This document shows, piece by piece, positions 1 through 9,925 of a DNA stretch of 40,597 nt (positions are counted from its first letter, which is position 1; each line of letters begins with the position of its first letter). Source of the DNA: a virus (Duplodnaviria; Caudoviricetes). Both the position numbers and the translations under genes were made by a program. The notes beneath the pieces were generated by a model that saw only the letters and a program-made list of their open reading frames with translations, did no database searches and was not told where the DNA came from. The stretch covers positions 1-40,597 of the IMG/VR virus record IMGVR_UViG_3300043432_000041, one strand, 5' to 3'.

Positions 1-127
1 CTTGGATCCGTGCCTTGATAAACGAATACCTGACCCTTGGATGAAATGAAGGCCAGATATTCATCGACCGTCTGTTTTGTGTCGATCGTCCAGGTTCCTA
101 TGGCTATGATTGAGCCGCCCATGCCCA
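1..127. repeat. 127-bp terminal direct repeat, identical to 40471-40597; circular-assembly overlap
   Basis: CTTGGATCCG...ATGCCCA occurs at 1-127 and 40471-40597, and a reading frame continues across the join. Confidence 0.97.
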
Positions 128-749
128 TCAGGGAACCCAGATCAAATGTCGTCGCAGTACCTGAAATCGCGCCGATGGCCATATAGGCCACCTTGGTGGA
201 ATTGCTCAACGTAAACCAAAGACGACCCTTCCAGACTGCCGGTTGTACGATATCGCTGGCCGTGATTCCGCTGACGCTCAATGTCGTCCAGGTCGTGCCG
301 TTGTAAATGACCGGATTGTTCGCGCCGTTGGAAACAATCAAATAACTCGTATCCGACGAGTTGGTGAAATTGACGTATTCAGCATTCGATGGCGACCAGC
401 CTGTGATGGAAGTTGCAGTTGCCGTCGCGCCTGCCGTTATGTCGTAGATTGTGCCTCCGCCAATGGCGAACAGTTTGGAATTAACCGGGTTGGGAGCATT
501 ATACCCCATAACTGTCGGCACATCAGTTGAGCTAGTACCAATGCCAGACGCGAATTGTCTTGATCCCCTGCGGACTTCCAGATAACCGGGGCGCGGGATG
601 AAATTATCCAATTGGACTGCATGGTCCGGAGGCATGTCGGCTAGGGAAGAAATTGCATCCCAGCCCTTGATCGAAGCAGGAACGGAAGCCGGAAATGCCT
701 CTCCGGATCCCTTCATCTTCCTATTTTCCATGGTCAGCGTTGCGCGCAT
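1..749 (-). CDS. N-terminal part of tail tubular B / packaged-DNA stabilisation-like virion protein (continues at 40470 to 39609; ~536 aa in total)
   Basis: Hand translation from ATG 749: MRATLTMENRKMKGSGEAFPASVPASIKGWDAISSLADMPPDHAVQLDNFIPRPG; in frame with ATG 122 (=40592); follows the adaptor gene; missed by the ORF track. Confidence 0.75.
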   Translation of the reverse strand, partial: MRATLTMENRKMKGSGEAFPASVPASIKGWDAISSLADMPPDHAVQLDNFIPRPGYLEVRRGSRQFASGIGTSSTDVPTVMGYNAPNPVNSKLFAIGGGTIYDITAGATATATSITGWSPSNAEYVNFTNSSDTSYLIVSNGANNPVIYNGTTWTTLSVSGITASDIVQPAVWKGRLWFTLSNSTKVAYMAIGAISGTATTFDLGSLMGMGGSIIAIGTWTIDTKQTVDEYLAFISSKGQVFVYQGTDP

Positions 750-751
750 TG

Positions 752-1726
752 CTAACTCATGTTAGGACCAGTTGGTCCCGGCCAAAATCCGTCCGCAACA
801 TTGGCTGGTGTAATGAACAATGGGAATACCCTTTTTTTCATGCTCAGCGTCGGAGCGCCACCGTCGCGGGCGATAAGTTGTGCGACGTAATCCAAATATT
901 CTGTCTGCATACTCGCTGCAGTTGGAAATCCCTTGGCTTGCAGGAACCGCCACTTGACGCCAAGCACGATGGCCATGCTGTCGAGATTAGGCACATCTGT
1001 ATCGGCTAACATGCTCGTTTGGCCGGTGCCGGTAGACGATTTGCACCAATAGGTGCTGATGTATTCCCATGCGATTTGAAATGGAGTACCGACTACAGCA
1101 GGTGGCGGCCACAGACGATAATTGTAAGTTGTGCCGCTTATCGTAACATCGCCGACCCATCGGAAATGCCTGCGTGGTCCTACCGTGACGATGCCCGAAC
1201 GATGCCATTCGTCCATCTGCGGACTGTCGGGACCAAGCAATTCCCAGCGGTTCGTTCTGTCCCATCCGGTTCTGTTGATGCTGAAATCATAATCGCTAGG
1301 ACCCGCATAGGTATCCTGGCCGAATGTCAATGCAGTTCCCGTCACGGTAGCGGTCGCCACCATATCCATCGTGACGGTACTGGAACCTGTCGATACTGCC
1401 GTTACCCGCGCCGCAACAGGTATCGAGGATCCGGTAACAACATAAATCCCGACTGAGGGAACGCCAGAAGAAAAGTCTACATTCGATAGAGTGCTGGATC
1501 CTAGCGTCACGTTCCCGGTCGTGACGATGGGAGCCGTGACGTTCAAATTGAATACGTTCTGCAAAGCCGTCCATTGATGGGTACGGCGCAGATTGTCACC
1601 CTCGCGGTTGACAAGATTGTAAAGCTGAAGCGTCTGAAGATCAGTCGCCCCGACTACACTGCTAGGCTGAACAAGTCCTAACTCACCCGTTACCGCCTGC
1701 AATATTTGCAGCAGAGTGAGTGCCAT
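752..1726 (-). CDS. Head-tail adaptor / tail tubular protein A-like
   Basis: N-terminus MALTLLQILQAVTGELGL, WDRTNRWELLGP and LGVKWRFLQAKG motifs, position between head genes and tail tubular B. Confidence 0.6.
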   Translation of the reverse strand: MALTLLQILQAVTGELGLVQPSSVVGATDLQTLQLYNLVNREGDNLRRTHQWTALQNVFNLNVTAPIVTTGNVTLGSSTLSNVDFSSGVPSVGIYVVTGSSIPVAARVTAVSTGSSTVTMDMVATATVTGTALTFGQDTYAGPSDYDFSINRTGWDRTNRWELLGPDSPQMDEWHRSGIVTVGPRRHFRWVGDVTISGTTYNYRLWPPPAVVGTPFQIAWEYISTYWCKSSTGTGQTSMLADTDVPNLDSMAIVLGVKWRFLQAKGFPTAASMQTEYLDYVAQLIARDGGAPTLSMKKRVFPLFITPANVADGFWPGPTGPNMS

Positions 1727-1739
1727 TTATAGGCACTCC

Positions 1740-2123
1740 TTAAGCTGTCTTGATCGAATACCACGATCCCACCGAAGTCCCGGCTGTCGTCAGGATGAAG
1801 ATTGCCGATTGCCCGGTTGTGAGCAATAGGCTGCCGTTGCTGGTGCCATTCATCGCGCCGCTGACCGGACAGAAGATCGTAGCCGTCACGGCAGAACTGA
1901 TGCTATTGACGACATAGTGAACCGCGCCGGGTTGCGCCGCCGTGCTGAAGATCACCGCAGCCGCCGTACTGGTCGCGGCAGTCACAATCGTCATTCGATT
2001 GTTGATGGTCGCCGCCGCCGCCGCCGTCGCACCTGTAGCCGCTAGGCTTGCTGGCGTGGTATCGAGCTGAAGGGCCTGGAGTGGCGAGAAGCCAGAACCC
2101 ATCAATACCGTTGTATTCGGCAT
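1740..2123 (-). CDS. Ala/Thr/Ser-rich small putative virion protein
   Basis: 127-aa ORF, about 28% Ser+Thr by hand count, in the head operon. Confidence 0.55.
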   Translation of the reverse strand: MPNTTVLMGSGFSPLQALQLDTTPASLAATGATAAAAATINNRMTIVTAATSTAAAVIFSTAAQPGAVHYVVNSISSAVTATIFCPVSGAMNGTSNGSLLLTTGQSAIFILTTAGTSVGSWYSIKTA

Positions 2124-2957
2124 TTAAATTCCCTTTCGTGATCCTCGCGGTTTGCCCTTGTCCGAGCGAGGCTTGCGTTGCCGAACGATACCCTGTTGCG
2201 GTGGCGCGATATCGTTCGAGAATGTCTGCGGTTCCGGATCTATGATTTGTTCGTTCATCGATGCTGCAATCTGCATGGATTGCACATCAATAGGCGGCGG
2301 TTGCCATTGATGTTGCGGCATCGGTTGCATTGGCTGTTGTTGCGGTTGTGCGGATGCCATGAACTTCTGCATCTGCCGCGATAGTTCCATGACCTGGCGC
2401 TCTAGCGTCTTGATTTGGCGGTCCTTTTCCTCAATCGTCTTTTCAAACTTGTGGAAATTGACGCCCTTTTCCGCCTGCGTCAGATAGGTTTTTGCCCGAT
2501 TAACCCATTCCTGACAGCCCATGCCAACAGTCTGAATCGCACTACCCGAAAGATTAGCAAGCTGTTCCACCGTGTGAATGTTGTAACCTAATAGCATATC
2601 AGTAATCGACGGATGTGCTGGGAACAGAAGCGTTACCGGAATTCCATCAGGGATTTGCTGTCGGCCCTGCTGATATTGTGCCCATTGGCGCGGCCAACGT
2701 TGCTTGTCGCTGTCCTGTACGGGTCGATCAACCTTGGTCAACGTCTCGCCGGGATGCTGGATCAATACGAAATCGCGGTCCTCGCAAACCCGCTTGCCCT
2801 GTTCCTTGGATTTCGCGGTATTGAGAATGGACTTCCGATAGAAACCAACGATCAATCGATCATCCGAAGGACCACTGGCGGCAACGCCATAGCCCTGTTG
2901 TGCAATCTGTTGTGGATCATAGCGAAGCGCCGCGAATTCGGTGTAAGTGTCACTCAT
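2124..2957 (-). CDS. Hypothetical head-module phage protein with coiled coil and Q/P-rich tail
   Basis: 277-aa ORF overlapping the upstream gene by ATGA; IHTVEQLANL motif. Confidence 0.6.
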   Translation of the reverse strand: MSDTYTEFAALRYDPQQIAQQGYGVAASGPSDDRLIVGFYRKSILNTAKSKEQGKRVCEDRDFVLIQHPGETLTKVDRPVQDSDKQRWPRQWAQYQQGRQQIPDGIPVTLLFPAHPSITDMLLGYNIHTVEQLANLSGSAIQTVGMGCQEWVNRAKTYLTQAEKGVNFHKFEKTIEEKDRQIKTLERQVMELSRQMQKFMASAQPQQQPMQPMPQHQWQPPPIDVQSMQIAASMNEQIIDPEPQTFSNDIAPPQQGIVRQRKPRSDKGKPRGSRKGI

Positions 2958-3817
2958 GCCGCCGCTCCCTGTTCTTTCAATTGCTGTTCCTTGAGTTGTT
3001 TATTACGAAATCTCTGCATTTCAGCCATCATGGAATTACCGTAGACGGTCGTCTTAAACAAATGCCCCCAATGATTTTGCATCTGCTCAAATTGCTGTGC
3101 CTGTCCCAGCCAGGTCGCCGTGGTATTGAATTCCTTGCCGGTATTTGGATCGCCAACCCTTGCCGTCATCATGGCCGACGTTTCTGGCTGTGGGTAAGCG
3201 TGATGGTTTTCCTTGTCCTCGAATGAGGAATCGAAACCGAAGAAATGAAAATGTTTATATCCCATCGCTAGGGCTATCGGGACTGCCGATAACACAACAG
3301 TAGCGCCGCAGATAAAAGCAGGCTCGCCGTTATAGTAAGGTTTGCCAATGTCTGTTTCCCACATATGCCAAAGACGGATTGGACAATCTGATAAATGCTG
3401 GAACATGGAACGATGGCAACGCGAGGAAAGCAGATAAATAATATCTTTGGATTTGCGCTTGTAATTGACGATCTGCGATTTGGTAGGATCGCATTCGACA
3501 TGAAGCATCGGCTTGATGCCAAGGCTCAGGATATGATCGTGCGCTGAGCCGCAAGACATAATGTGCTTGAACTTTGCAATCTTGCGATATGTCTTGTTGA
3601 GCGTAGGACCACCCGCCACGATGGCCAGATCATCCAAGCCACCGAAAGTCGGTACATGGCTTAGTCGAGGAAGATTGAGCTTCTTCGACATGGCATATTT
3701 CATGTTCTTAATGCGTTCCTTGTTACTCGAAAAAGAAACGCATTGAACTGGATTGATGGCTTGGTAGAGGGGCGTTAACCCCTCTACCTGATTTGCCGGG
3801 TTGGTTTTATCCAACAT
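2954..3817 (-). CDS. DUF115 / Maf_flag10 (motility-associated factor, MptE-like) family protein; candidate nonulosonic-acid transferase
   Basis: Family motifs LAIVAGGPTL, LGIKPMLHVECDP, GATV and ALAMGYKHFHFFGFDSSF...HAY. Confidence 0.75.
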   Translation of the reverse strand: MLDKTNPANQVEGLTPLYQAINPVQCVSFSSNKERIKNMKYAMSKKLNLPRLSHVPTFGGLDDLAIVAGGPTLNKTYRKIAKFKHIMSCGSAHDHILSLGIKPMLHVECDPTKSQIVNYKRKSKDIIYLLSSRCHRSMFQHLSDCPIRLWHMWETDIGKPYYNGEPAFICGATVVLSAVPIALAMGYKHFHFFGFDSSFEDKENHHAYPQPETSAMMTARVGDPNTGKEFNTTATWLGQAQQFEQMQNHWGHLFKTTVYGNSMMAEMQRFRNKQLKEQQLKEQGAAA

Positions 3818-4365
3818 TAGTTAGCTGCACCCAATGCCAGGTTGGTGATGACGCCAGCATAAGCACCTGCGGTGCCCGCACTAGTCGTCGTCGTAGTGAT
3901 ACCGGCAACCGAGTAGGAGGAACCCGTTGCGATGGCGCCAAGAACGCCAGCCGTCGCGGTGGTGTAAAGTGCTACGTTCGCCGCGATAGAAGCAGTTACG
4001 GAGATGTTCGCAGATACACCTTCGGTCTGGAACCAGCCGTATTGACCCGTAGTAAGCGTGGTCATTGCCACACCCAACTGAAGGCCATAACTGGTCGCCG
4101 CAATCGTGCTGGTAAGCGGTGTCGCAGCAAATACCTTGCTGAGAACACAGGTATTACCAAGCGTAATCGCAGTGGCCGCAGAACCATAGAGCGCCCGCAA
4201 ACCGTTCGTTCCGATGATTTCCTGGCCAACCGTGAACGGCTGTTGAGGATATTCCGGAATGGACGGATTGCTCGACGTTGCGGTGTAGGGTTGATCATAA
4301 CCCGAAGTAGACAGGTCTACGCCGAGCGTGTTCAGGGTCGAGAAAATTGGAGTGGTATAGGTCAT
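3817..4365 (-). CDS. Putative capsid decoration / minor capsid protein, Thr/Ser-rich
   Basis: Directly after the major capsid gene; GQYGWFQ motif; about 28% Ser+Thr by hand count. Confidence 0.6.
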   Translation of the reverse strand: MTYTTPIFSTLNTLGVDLSTSGYDQPYTATSSNPSIPEYPQQPFTVGQEIIGTNGLRALYGSAATAITLGNTCVLSKVFAATPLTSTIAATSYGLQLGVAMTTLTTGQYGWFQTEGVSANISVTASIAANVALYTTATAGVLGAIATGSSYSVAGITTTTTSAGTAGAYAGVITNLALGAAN

Positions 4366-4377
4366 GTTTCTCTCCCC

Positions 4378-5409
4378 TTATGCGTACAGGACGCCCTGGA
4401 GGAAGGCGTTAGATAGGGTCATATTACCGGCCCAACCTATCAACTTCACCATGGCATCTTGGTTGACACTGAAACGATCAGGATCGAGCGGCACCATGTT
4501 GCGACGAGCATGGGGACGCCAATGAATGTATTTCGTATTGAGGAAATACATCGTGTTAGACGGTGCGCCGCCGACTGCCGAAGTACCGGCTGAAGTCTCG
4601 AAGGGCAGCGGATCAGTCGATGCGCCTTGGAAACCACCGTCCAGCACTACGTCTGCGGTGTTATACTTGAGCGTCTGATAGCCGAGCGTACCGAATTCAC
4701 CTACACCATTCTCTACCGCGATACGCTGGATTGCTTGCAGCGATTGCCAGTAGAGCTTGAAGTAGTTGTTGTCGGCTACGATCAGATCCGGACTGTCACG
4801 GCCACGAACAAGCTGGACCCAGAGCGAGTCCATATAGTTCTGGATATTGGCCGATGAAGTCGTGGCACCGCCATTCGTTGAACCCGAATAGGCGATGTTC
4901 TGCCAGAACGACCATGTGGAACGGTCGATGCCGCCGATGACGCCCGATGAAGGCGAAGTGGCAACGAGCAATTGCAACCCGCCCACCGAACCAGTCACCG
5001 TGCCGTCGCCGTAAATGCCGTTCGACATACCGTTCATGAATGTGTCTTCGGCATTTTCGATCCGGCTTTCAAGCAGGTCGATAATCGCTTCTTCGCCTGA
5101 GTTTTGCAGTTCTTCGAGGCCGGAAATCGATACCGCGCAAGCCGATTGCCTGATCGGGTATTCCGCCGCAGTAAACGTCTGCGATGGTGCGATGTTTAGG
5201 ACTTGATAGCCGCTGTACCATTGGAACGTCTGGTTGTTGGCGTAATTCAGTTCCTGGACAATGGTACGGCCGCCTGAGAAGGTTTTGACCCTTCCCCTGC
5301 GGTTTAGACGCGCAAGCAGCGCGTTGTTTCGGCTCATATTGTCGGCCAACTCACCCGTGCGATTTCTAAGGGTGGTGGTCACAATTTCCGAAAGATTTGG
5401 AAAGGACAT
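4378..5409 (-). CDS. Major capsid protein
   Basis: MSFPNLSEIVTTTLRNRTGELADNMSRNNALL N-terminus, GGIDRSTWSFWQN, WAGNMTLSN; follows the scaffold-like gene. Confidence 0.85.
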   Translation of the reverse strand: MSFPNLSEIVTTTLRNRTGELADNMSRNNALLARLNRRGRVKTFSGGRTIVQELNYANNQTFQWYSGYQVLNIAPSQTFTAAEYPIRQSACAVSISGLEELQNSGEEAIIDLLESRIENAEDTFMNGMSNGIYGDGTVTGSVGGLQLLVATSPSSGVIGGIDRSTWSFWQNIAYSGSTNGGATTSSANIQNYMDSLWVQLVRGRDSPDLIVADNNYFKLYWQSLQAIQRIAVENGVGEFGTLGYQTLKYNTADVVLDGGFQGASTDPLPFETSAGTSAVGGAPSNTMYFLNTKYIHWRPHARRNMVPLDPDRFSVNQDAMVKLIGWAGNMTLSNAFLQGVLYA

Positions 5410-5429
5410 TGTGCCTGACCTCTATGGGG

Positions 5430-6575
5430 TTAGGCCCTCGACCCTTCGCGGATTTCCTCAACTGCCGCCAAGATGCTGCTGCGAACACCCTTTGGCTTTT
5501 CTTTCGCTGTCAAGTTGGGCGCTGCTGGCGCCCTGGTTGACGGTGAAACTGCCGCCTTGCGGGCATTCTGTGCGCGTTGCTGGGCTTCCTGCTGGGAAGC
5601 GTTCAACTTGCTATCCAATTCGGTCTTCAGGATTTCGGCGCGAATGTCAGGATCCATGCCAATCGCCTTTTGATAGGCGCTATCGAGATCAGTCGCTAGA
5701 CCAGCTTGCATGAGTTGCCCCATGCTGGTCTTGACCCGCTCGAAATATGGCTTGTCCTTGGAGAATTGCGCGATTTCCGAAGCCGCTTTTTCCGATTGTA
5801 TGCGGGCCAGTTCGTTTTGGAGCGAATTGACCTGTTGGGCAATCGGCTGGATATACTGCGCTGCAACATCCTGGCCGTTTGATTGACCGGAAGGATTTTG
5901 GGCTAGGGATGCCAGATCTACGCCGGTACTACGGGCAAGCTGGGCAATCGCCATGGCCGGATTTTGGCGCACGGCTGCTTCCCATTGCATAAGGTGCCTG
6001 ATGGCCTCTGCATCGCTGCGGAACCCGTTCTGTTGATAGACGGGCCGCGCTTGGGCTAGAACTTGCTCGATTTCCTGGTATTTCTTGGCATCGTCGGAAT
6101 ATTTCTTGAAGCCATCCGAAACTTCCCTTTCCCGTTTTTCCACATCCTTTCTGAGAGGATGATCGGCGGGTAAGGAATTAACAAACGCCTTCGTTTCTGG
6201 CGACCAGCCGGGTGGTAGCCCGAGAGGCTTTGAAGCTTCGGGTTGTACTTCCTTGGGTGCCAATTCTACCGGCGCGGCCTTTTCAGGCGCTGCTGCGGCT
6301 TCTTTCGGGAGAAACTTTCCGGTTTCGTCTCTTGGACGTTCATCGGATTTAATCGGTTTGGCCTTGATTTCCTTCGGTTCTGGCTCTTTCGCGGCCTTGA
6401 ATTGCTCTTGCAATTGCTCGCGAAGACTTAGTTTCTTCGATTCCGTGCCCCCATCAGCGGAGCGAGAGGAACGCTGGACGCCAGCCTCTTCCACCGATGG
6501 GGGATTATCCGGCTGCGCTGTTGCGGAGGGGACTGAGGCTTCGCCGGAATTCGGAATTAATTCGTTCTCTGCCAT
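5430..6575 (-). CDS. Capsid scaffolding protein
   Basis: Charged, helical 381-aa ORF with PRDETGKF and DLDSAYQKAI motifs, directly upstream of the major capsid gene. Confidence 0.7.
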   Translation of the reverse strand: MAENELIPNSGEASVPSATAQPDNPPSVEEAGVQRSSRSADGGTESKKLSLREQLQEQFKAAKEPEPKEIKAKPIKSDERPRDETGKFLPKEAAAAPEKAAPVELAPKEVQPEASKPLGLPPGWSPETKAFVNSLPADHPLRKDVEKREREVSDGFKKYSDDAKKYQEIEQVLAQARPVYQQNGFRSDAEAIRHLMQWEAAVRQNPAMAIAQLARSTGVDLASLAQNPSGQSNGQDVAAQYIQPIAQQVNSLQNELARIQSEKAASEIAQFSKDKPYFERVKTSMGQLMQAGLATDLDSAYQKAIGMDPDIRAEILKTELDSKLNASQQEAQQRAQNARKAAVSPSTRAPAAPNLTAKEKPKGVRSSILAAVEEIREGSRA

Positions 6576-6577
6576 GA

Positions 6578-6901
6578 TTAATAATTACCTGATTTAATTC
6601 CTTGGCGCAACTCATAGAGAGCTTTGCGTATATCCTCGCGTCTTTGCCGCTTATTCAGCTTTATCGGCTGTCTTGGCTTGATCGGTTCGTTGCCAAGTTC
6701 AATTCCGCCTATGGCCCTTGTTTCCGCCCTGAATTTGGATTTACTGTCTATAATGCGACCTGTGCCATGATGCTTCAATGGTTCCATATTGTCGGAGATA
6801 ATAGCAGTTGACCAAGGTTTCGGTTCATATCCCGCCATATCGGTAGGGATCATGCCATTTTCGTTGGCTGCTGGATGATTAGGTCTATAGACAAAGCGCA
6901 T
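6578..6901 (-). CDS. Hypothetical phage protein preceding the scaffold gene
   Basis: IIDSKSKFRAETRAIGGIELGNE motif; ATG 6901 lies in a 27-bp site arm (the track starts it at GTG 6913). Confidence 0.65.
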   Translation of the reverse strand: MRFVYRPNHPAANENGMIPTDMAGYEPKPWSTAIISDNMEPLKHHGTGRIIDSKSKFRAETRAIGGIELGNEPIKPRQPIKLNKRQRREDIRKALYELRQGIKSGNY

Positions 6902-6926
6902 TCGGTTTATCACCCATTAATGCAAT
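6900..6926. repeat. 27-bp 11-5-11 palindromic site, isolated copy
   Basis: ATTCGGTTTAT-CACCC-ATTAATGCAAT at the junction of two genes; left arm identical to those at 20694 and 30654. Confidence 0.7.
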
Positions 6927-9064
6927 GCAGTGCGCTGCAAATTTGGGTGCGGAGGATGGACAAATTCTCCGAATCTGGCTCGGAAATAAATATTAGCAGC
7001 ATTGGCCGTTAATAGATCGTTCCATGTATCCTGACTCTGTAACCGGCAGGCCGATAAAAATCCGGCCGTTGTGGATGGAAACCCGCCCGGGTTTCCAATA
7101 TAAGAATAATAGGACCCGAGTGATGCGGCGGTTGGAGATGGAAATGGCTCCGGGGGAATTACCGCGTTATTTGTACCAGCCGCATCGATAACATTTGTGC
7201 CGATTGTATTAATACCAAGCGATGCCACGCGAATTGAAAATCCAGAACCGCTACCGCCTAGATGAGTATTGCTTGCACTTAAAATATCTCCTACCACATA
7301 ACCGGAACCAGCCACCTCTGCCGATGGAGATGCTGGGCCGCCATATAAATTAACCACCGTTACAGCGCCACCCGAAACTGTAAATGTCGCCGTTGCTCCG
7401 GTGCCGCTGCCACCAGTTAGGGGAACATTATAATAATATGCGGCATTGACATACCCGGAGCCGCCAATAAGAGTATCAAGAGTTACAATGCTTCCGGTGT
7501 AACTAGAAAATCCAGCGCTTGGCCATTTGAATGCGATATTATTGTTTACGCTTATTCCATTGGTTCCCTGAACCAGAACAACGGTTGCCCCATTCGCAGA
7601 ATCCGAATTGGCCCAAATATTATTTGTAATCGCAATCGTGCCGAGATTTTGCCTATCTCCTCCGGCCTGTGTGCCAAATCCGCCTAGCATCCAACCGTAT
7701 GATGCGCCCGAGATCGGCGTATCGATGCCCTCAAGGTACACGTTGCTGTCTAGAGTATTTGCGTAATCATGCGGACTAGAAATGTTATGATGGTACGGAT
7801 TTAACGCAAAGAGATTATTATTGACATTTCCGCCCGATCTAAATTGTGAACCGGAACCATCGTTCGTGATGATGTTACCCTGTAAAGATATTGGACCATT
7901 TAGGGTGCTTGGATCGCCGGAAACTGTATAACTCGCTATATAGAGATTGTGAGTATAATCTGTCGGGGATGGATCGACCCATGTTGCATTTTGTGGCGAA
8001 GTAACGCCGCCAGACGTATCCACATAAGTTGGAGTTGTTCTTGTGGTTGATATTTTAAAGGTTGTTCCATTGTTGGTGAACACAAAGAATTGTGTTCCAG
8101 CCGCATTTCCTCCTACGCTTCCGGAAAATGTTACAATGGAATTTACATCTGACTGCGGCAGTTTATTTCCGGTCCATGTAATGACAGCCTGCGCTGCCGC
8201 GCTGATAGTTACGGATGCGGGGGTTGTAAGAGTCGCGTTCCATCCGTTATTATCTACAATATTTTCTTCAAAAACAGGGTTTACCGTACATTCCGAGATA
8301 TAGACACCCTGAGCTAACGAGCCCGGGGGTATACACAACGTAGAAGCATAGGCATCAACAATAATATTTCTTCTAATATATAAATTTGATCCAGGGGCCG
8401 TAAATGAAATCATGTTAATCCAGTAGAAACTGAATTTACAATCTTCTATAAGCCAGAATGTATAAGTCCAATATGTAACTCGGATGCACTCTCCGTTATT
8501 TGACAGGTCAGCAACATAACCGCCGCCTATTGATGAATTGTTAGGGTCGCGCTGATAGTTGTAAAATTCAATTCCTACAAAGGCTATATTATTTCCGTAA
8601 GAATGAGCGCCCTGATCGTTCCCCTGCGAATATACATAAAATCTGGGAGTGCTTGCTATAATTGGCCTTGCCCCGGTTCCGGTTCCGCGCGGAGTAGTCG
8701 AGGTAATACCGGGAGCCAAATAACTTGTAACAACTATCGGCTCCTGATCGCTGCGGCCATTAACGCCATCCATTGAACCTAAAACCTGATTTAGAAAAGT
8801 GTCTCCCTTTTTAAGAAGAAGCCAATCCGGAAACGTATCGCGTAACAAAGCAAGTCCGGCATTTATTGTTTTCTTTGGACCAGCGGCTCCAACGCCGCCA
8901 ATATTGGTTGGATTTGCTGTGGGGTCCAAGCCATTATTAGAATCATTCCCATCCGTATCGGAAACGTAAACAAATCTGCTATCGGTAGTTGATGGAGTGA
9001 TTTGCGTCCATCCTGCGGAACCGGAGCCGTAACGAGTTCCTATGGTAACAGTACCGGCAGTCAC
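6917..9064 (-). CDS. Large parallel beta-helix (pectate-lyase-like) putative virion appendage or depolymerase
   Basis: YVSDTDGNDSNNG...PKKTI...LLKKGDTF N-terminus, Asn-rich coils, GGSGY/GSGTGATA repeats; AT-richer than the capsid genes. Confidence 0.6.
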   Translation of the reverse strand: MTAGTVTIGTRYGSGSAGWTQITPSTTDSRFVYVSDTDGNDSNNGLDPTANPTNIGGVGAAGPKKTINAGLALLRDTFPDWLLLKKGDTFLNQVLGSMDGVNGRSDQEPIVVTSYLAPGITSTTPRGTGTGARPIIASTPRFYVYSQGNDQGAHSYGNNIAFVGIEFYNYQRDPNNSSIGGGYVADLSNNGECIRVTYWTYTFWLIEDCKFSFYWINMISFTAPGSNLYIRRNIIVDAYASTLCIPPGSLAQGVYISECTVNPVFEENIVDNNGWNATLTTPASVTISAAAQAVITWTGNKLPQSDVNSIVTFSGSVGGNAAGTQFFVFTNNGTTFKISTTRTTPTYVDTSGGVTSPQNATWVDPSPTDYTHNLYIASYTVSGDPSTLNGPISLQGNIITNDGSGSQFRSGGNVNNNLFALNPYHHNISSPHDYANTLDSNVYLEGIDTPISGASYGWMLGGFGTQAGGDRQNLGTIAITNNIWANSDSANGATVVLVQGTNGISVNNNIAFKWPSAGFSSYTGSIVTLDTLIGGSGYVNAAYYYNVPLTGGSGTGATATFTVSGGAVTVVNLYGGPASPSAEVAGSGYVVGDILSASNTHLGGSGSGFSIRVASLGINTIGTNVIDAAGTNNAVIPPEPFPSPTAASLGSYYSYIGNPGGFPSTTAGFLSACRLQSQDTWNDLLTANAANIYFRARFGEFVHPPHPNLQRTALH

Positions 9065-9067
9065 AAT

Positions 9068-9925
9068 TTAATATCCATAGAATGTTTTTGCGTTTGAGCT
9101 TAACGACGCCGCATTGGCTGAAATATCGCTAGACCAAATACCGACTTCCGTAACATCACCATTCAAGAAATTTGCTCCTCCGGTAGAACTTCCAATAAAG
9201 TAAATGGTGTTTACGTTCCCCGCTGCCCCGGCGTTTCCTGATGCGATGCTGCTTCCATCGGAATACAAATTTGAACTCGCGCCATTCATAAGTGCTAGAA
9301 TGCTATGATATGCCGCATCGGCACAGGTCCCGCTTACTACGCTTCCTTGATAAAGGAACGCCGTATTAGCCCCAGCGTTCGCATATCCAATTTGGTAGCC
9401 GGCATTATCTCCGCCGAAAAGGCACTCTTGTGACGCAGAACTTACTCGTTTACATACTCCGACAACCGTACTCGGATTGGCTGGATTTCCAGCAAGCGTT
9501 ACCTGCAATAGCTGATTACCACTGAATCTCGCAATCGAATTTGATCCAATACCGCTTGCTATGTATGCTGGACGATTGGCGTCGGTCGTCTGCACCATAT
9601 CATGGCCACCACCAGTCTGATCGTATAGCTTGCTTATTTTTCCGGTCGTTGCGTTCAAAAACGTAGCTATGCTTGCAGTATCAAGTAATCCGCTTGCTAG
9701 CGTTGTAAACGTGTTTGTCGTGCTATCGGACGCCCGTATTATATCGCAGCAATTCGTTCCGGCTTTCGCTGCGCTATAGGCGCGTAATCCCCACCACGCG
9801 GTAGCACTCGCCGCAATGTCACCGGGACCAATATAGGCCACGGACGCCATCCCCCACCCCTCGTTATTCCACCCTGTCGTGGACGACCAGCCACTCATGT
9901 CAGAAAAATACCTTATTGGCACCAA
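9068..9925 (-). CDS. Concanavalin A/LamG-like (arabinofuranosidase-B-like) beta-sandwich putative virion protein
   Basis: AWWGLRAYS, KLYDQTG, ANRP and FLNGDVTEVGIW motifs; true start may be ATG 9850. Confidence 0.55.
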   Translation of the reverse strand: MVPIRYFSDMSGWSSTTGWNNEGWGMASVAYIGPGDIAASATAWWGLRAYSAAKAGTNCCDIIRASDSTTNTFTTLASGLLDTASIATFLNATTGKISKLYDQTGGGHDMVQTTDANRPAYIASGIGSNSIARFSGNQLLQVTLAGNPANPSTVVGVCKRVSSASQECLFGGDNAGYQIGYANAGANTAFLYQGSVVSGTCADAAYHSILALMNGASSNLYSDGSSIASGNAGAAGNVNTIYFIGSSTGGANFLNGDVTEVGIWSSDISANAASLSSNAKTFYGY

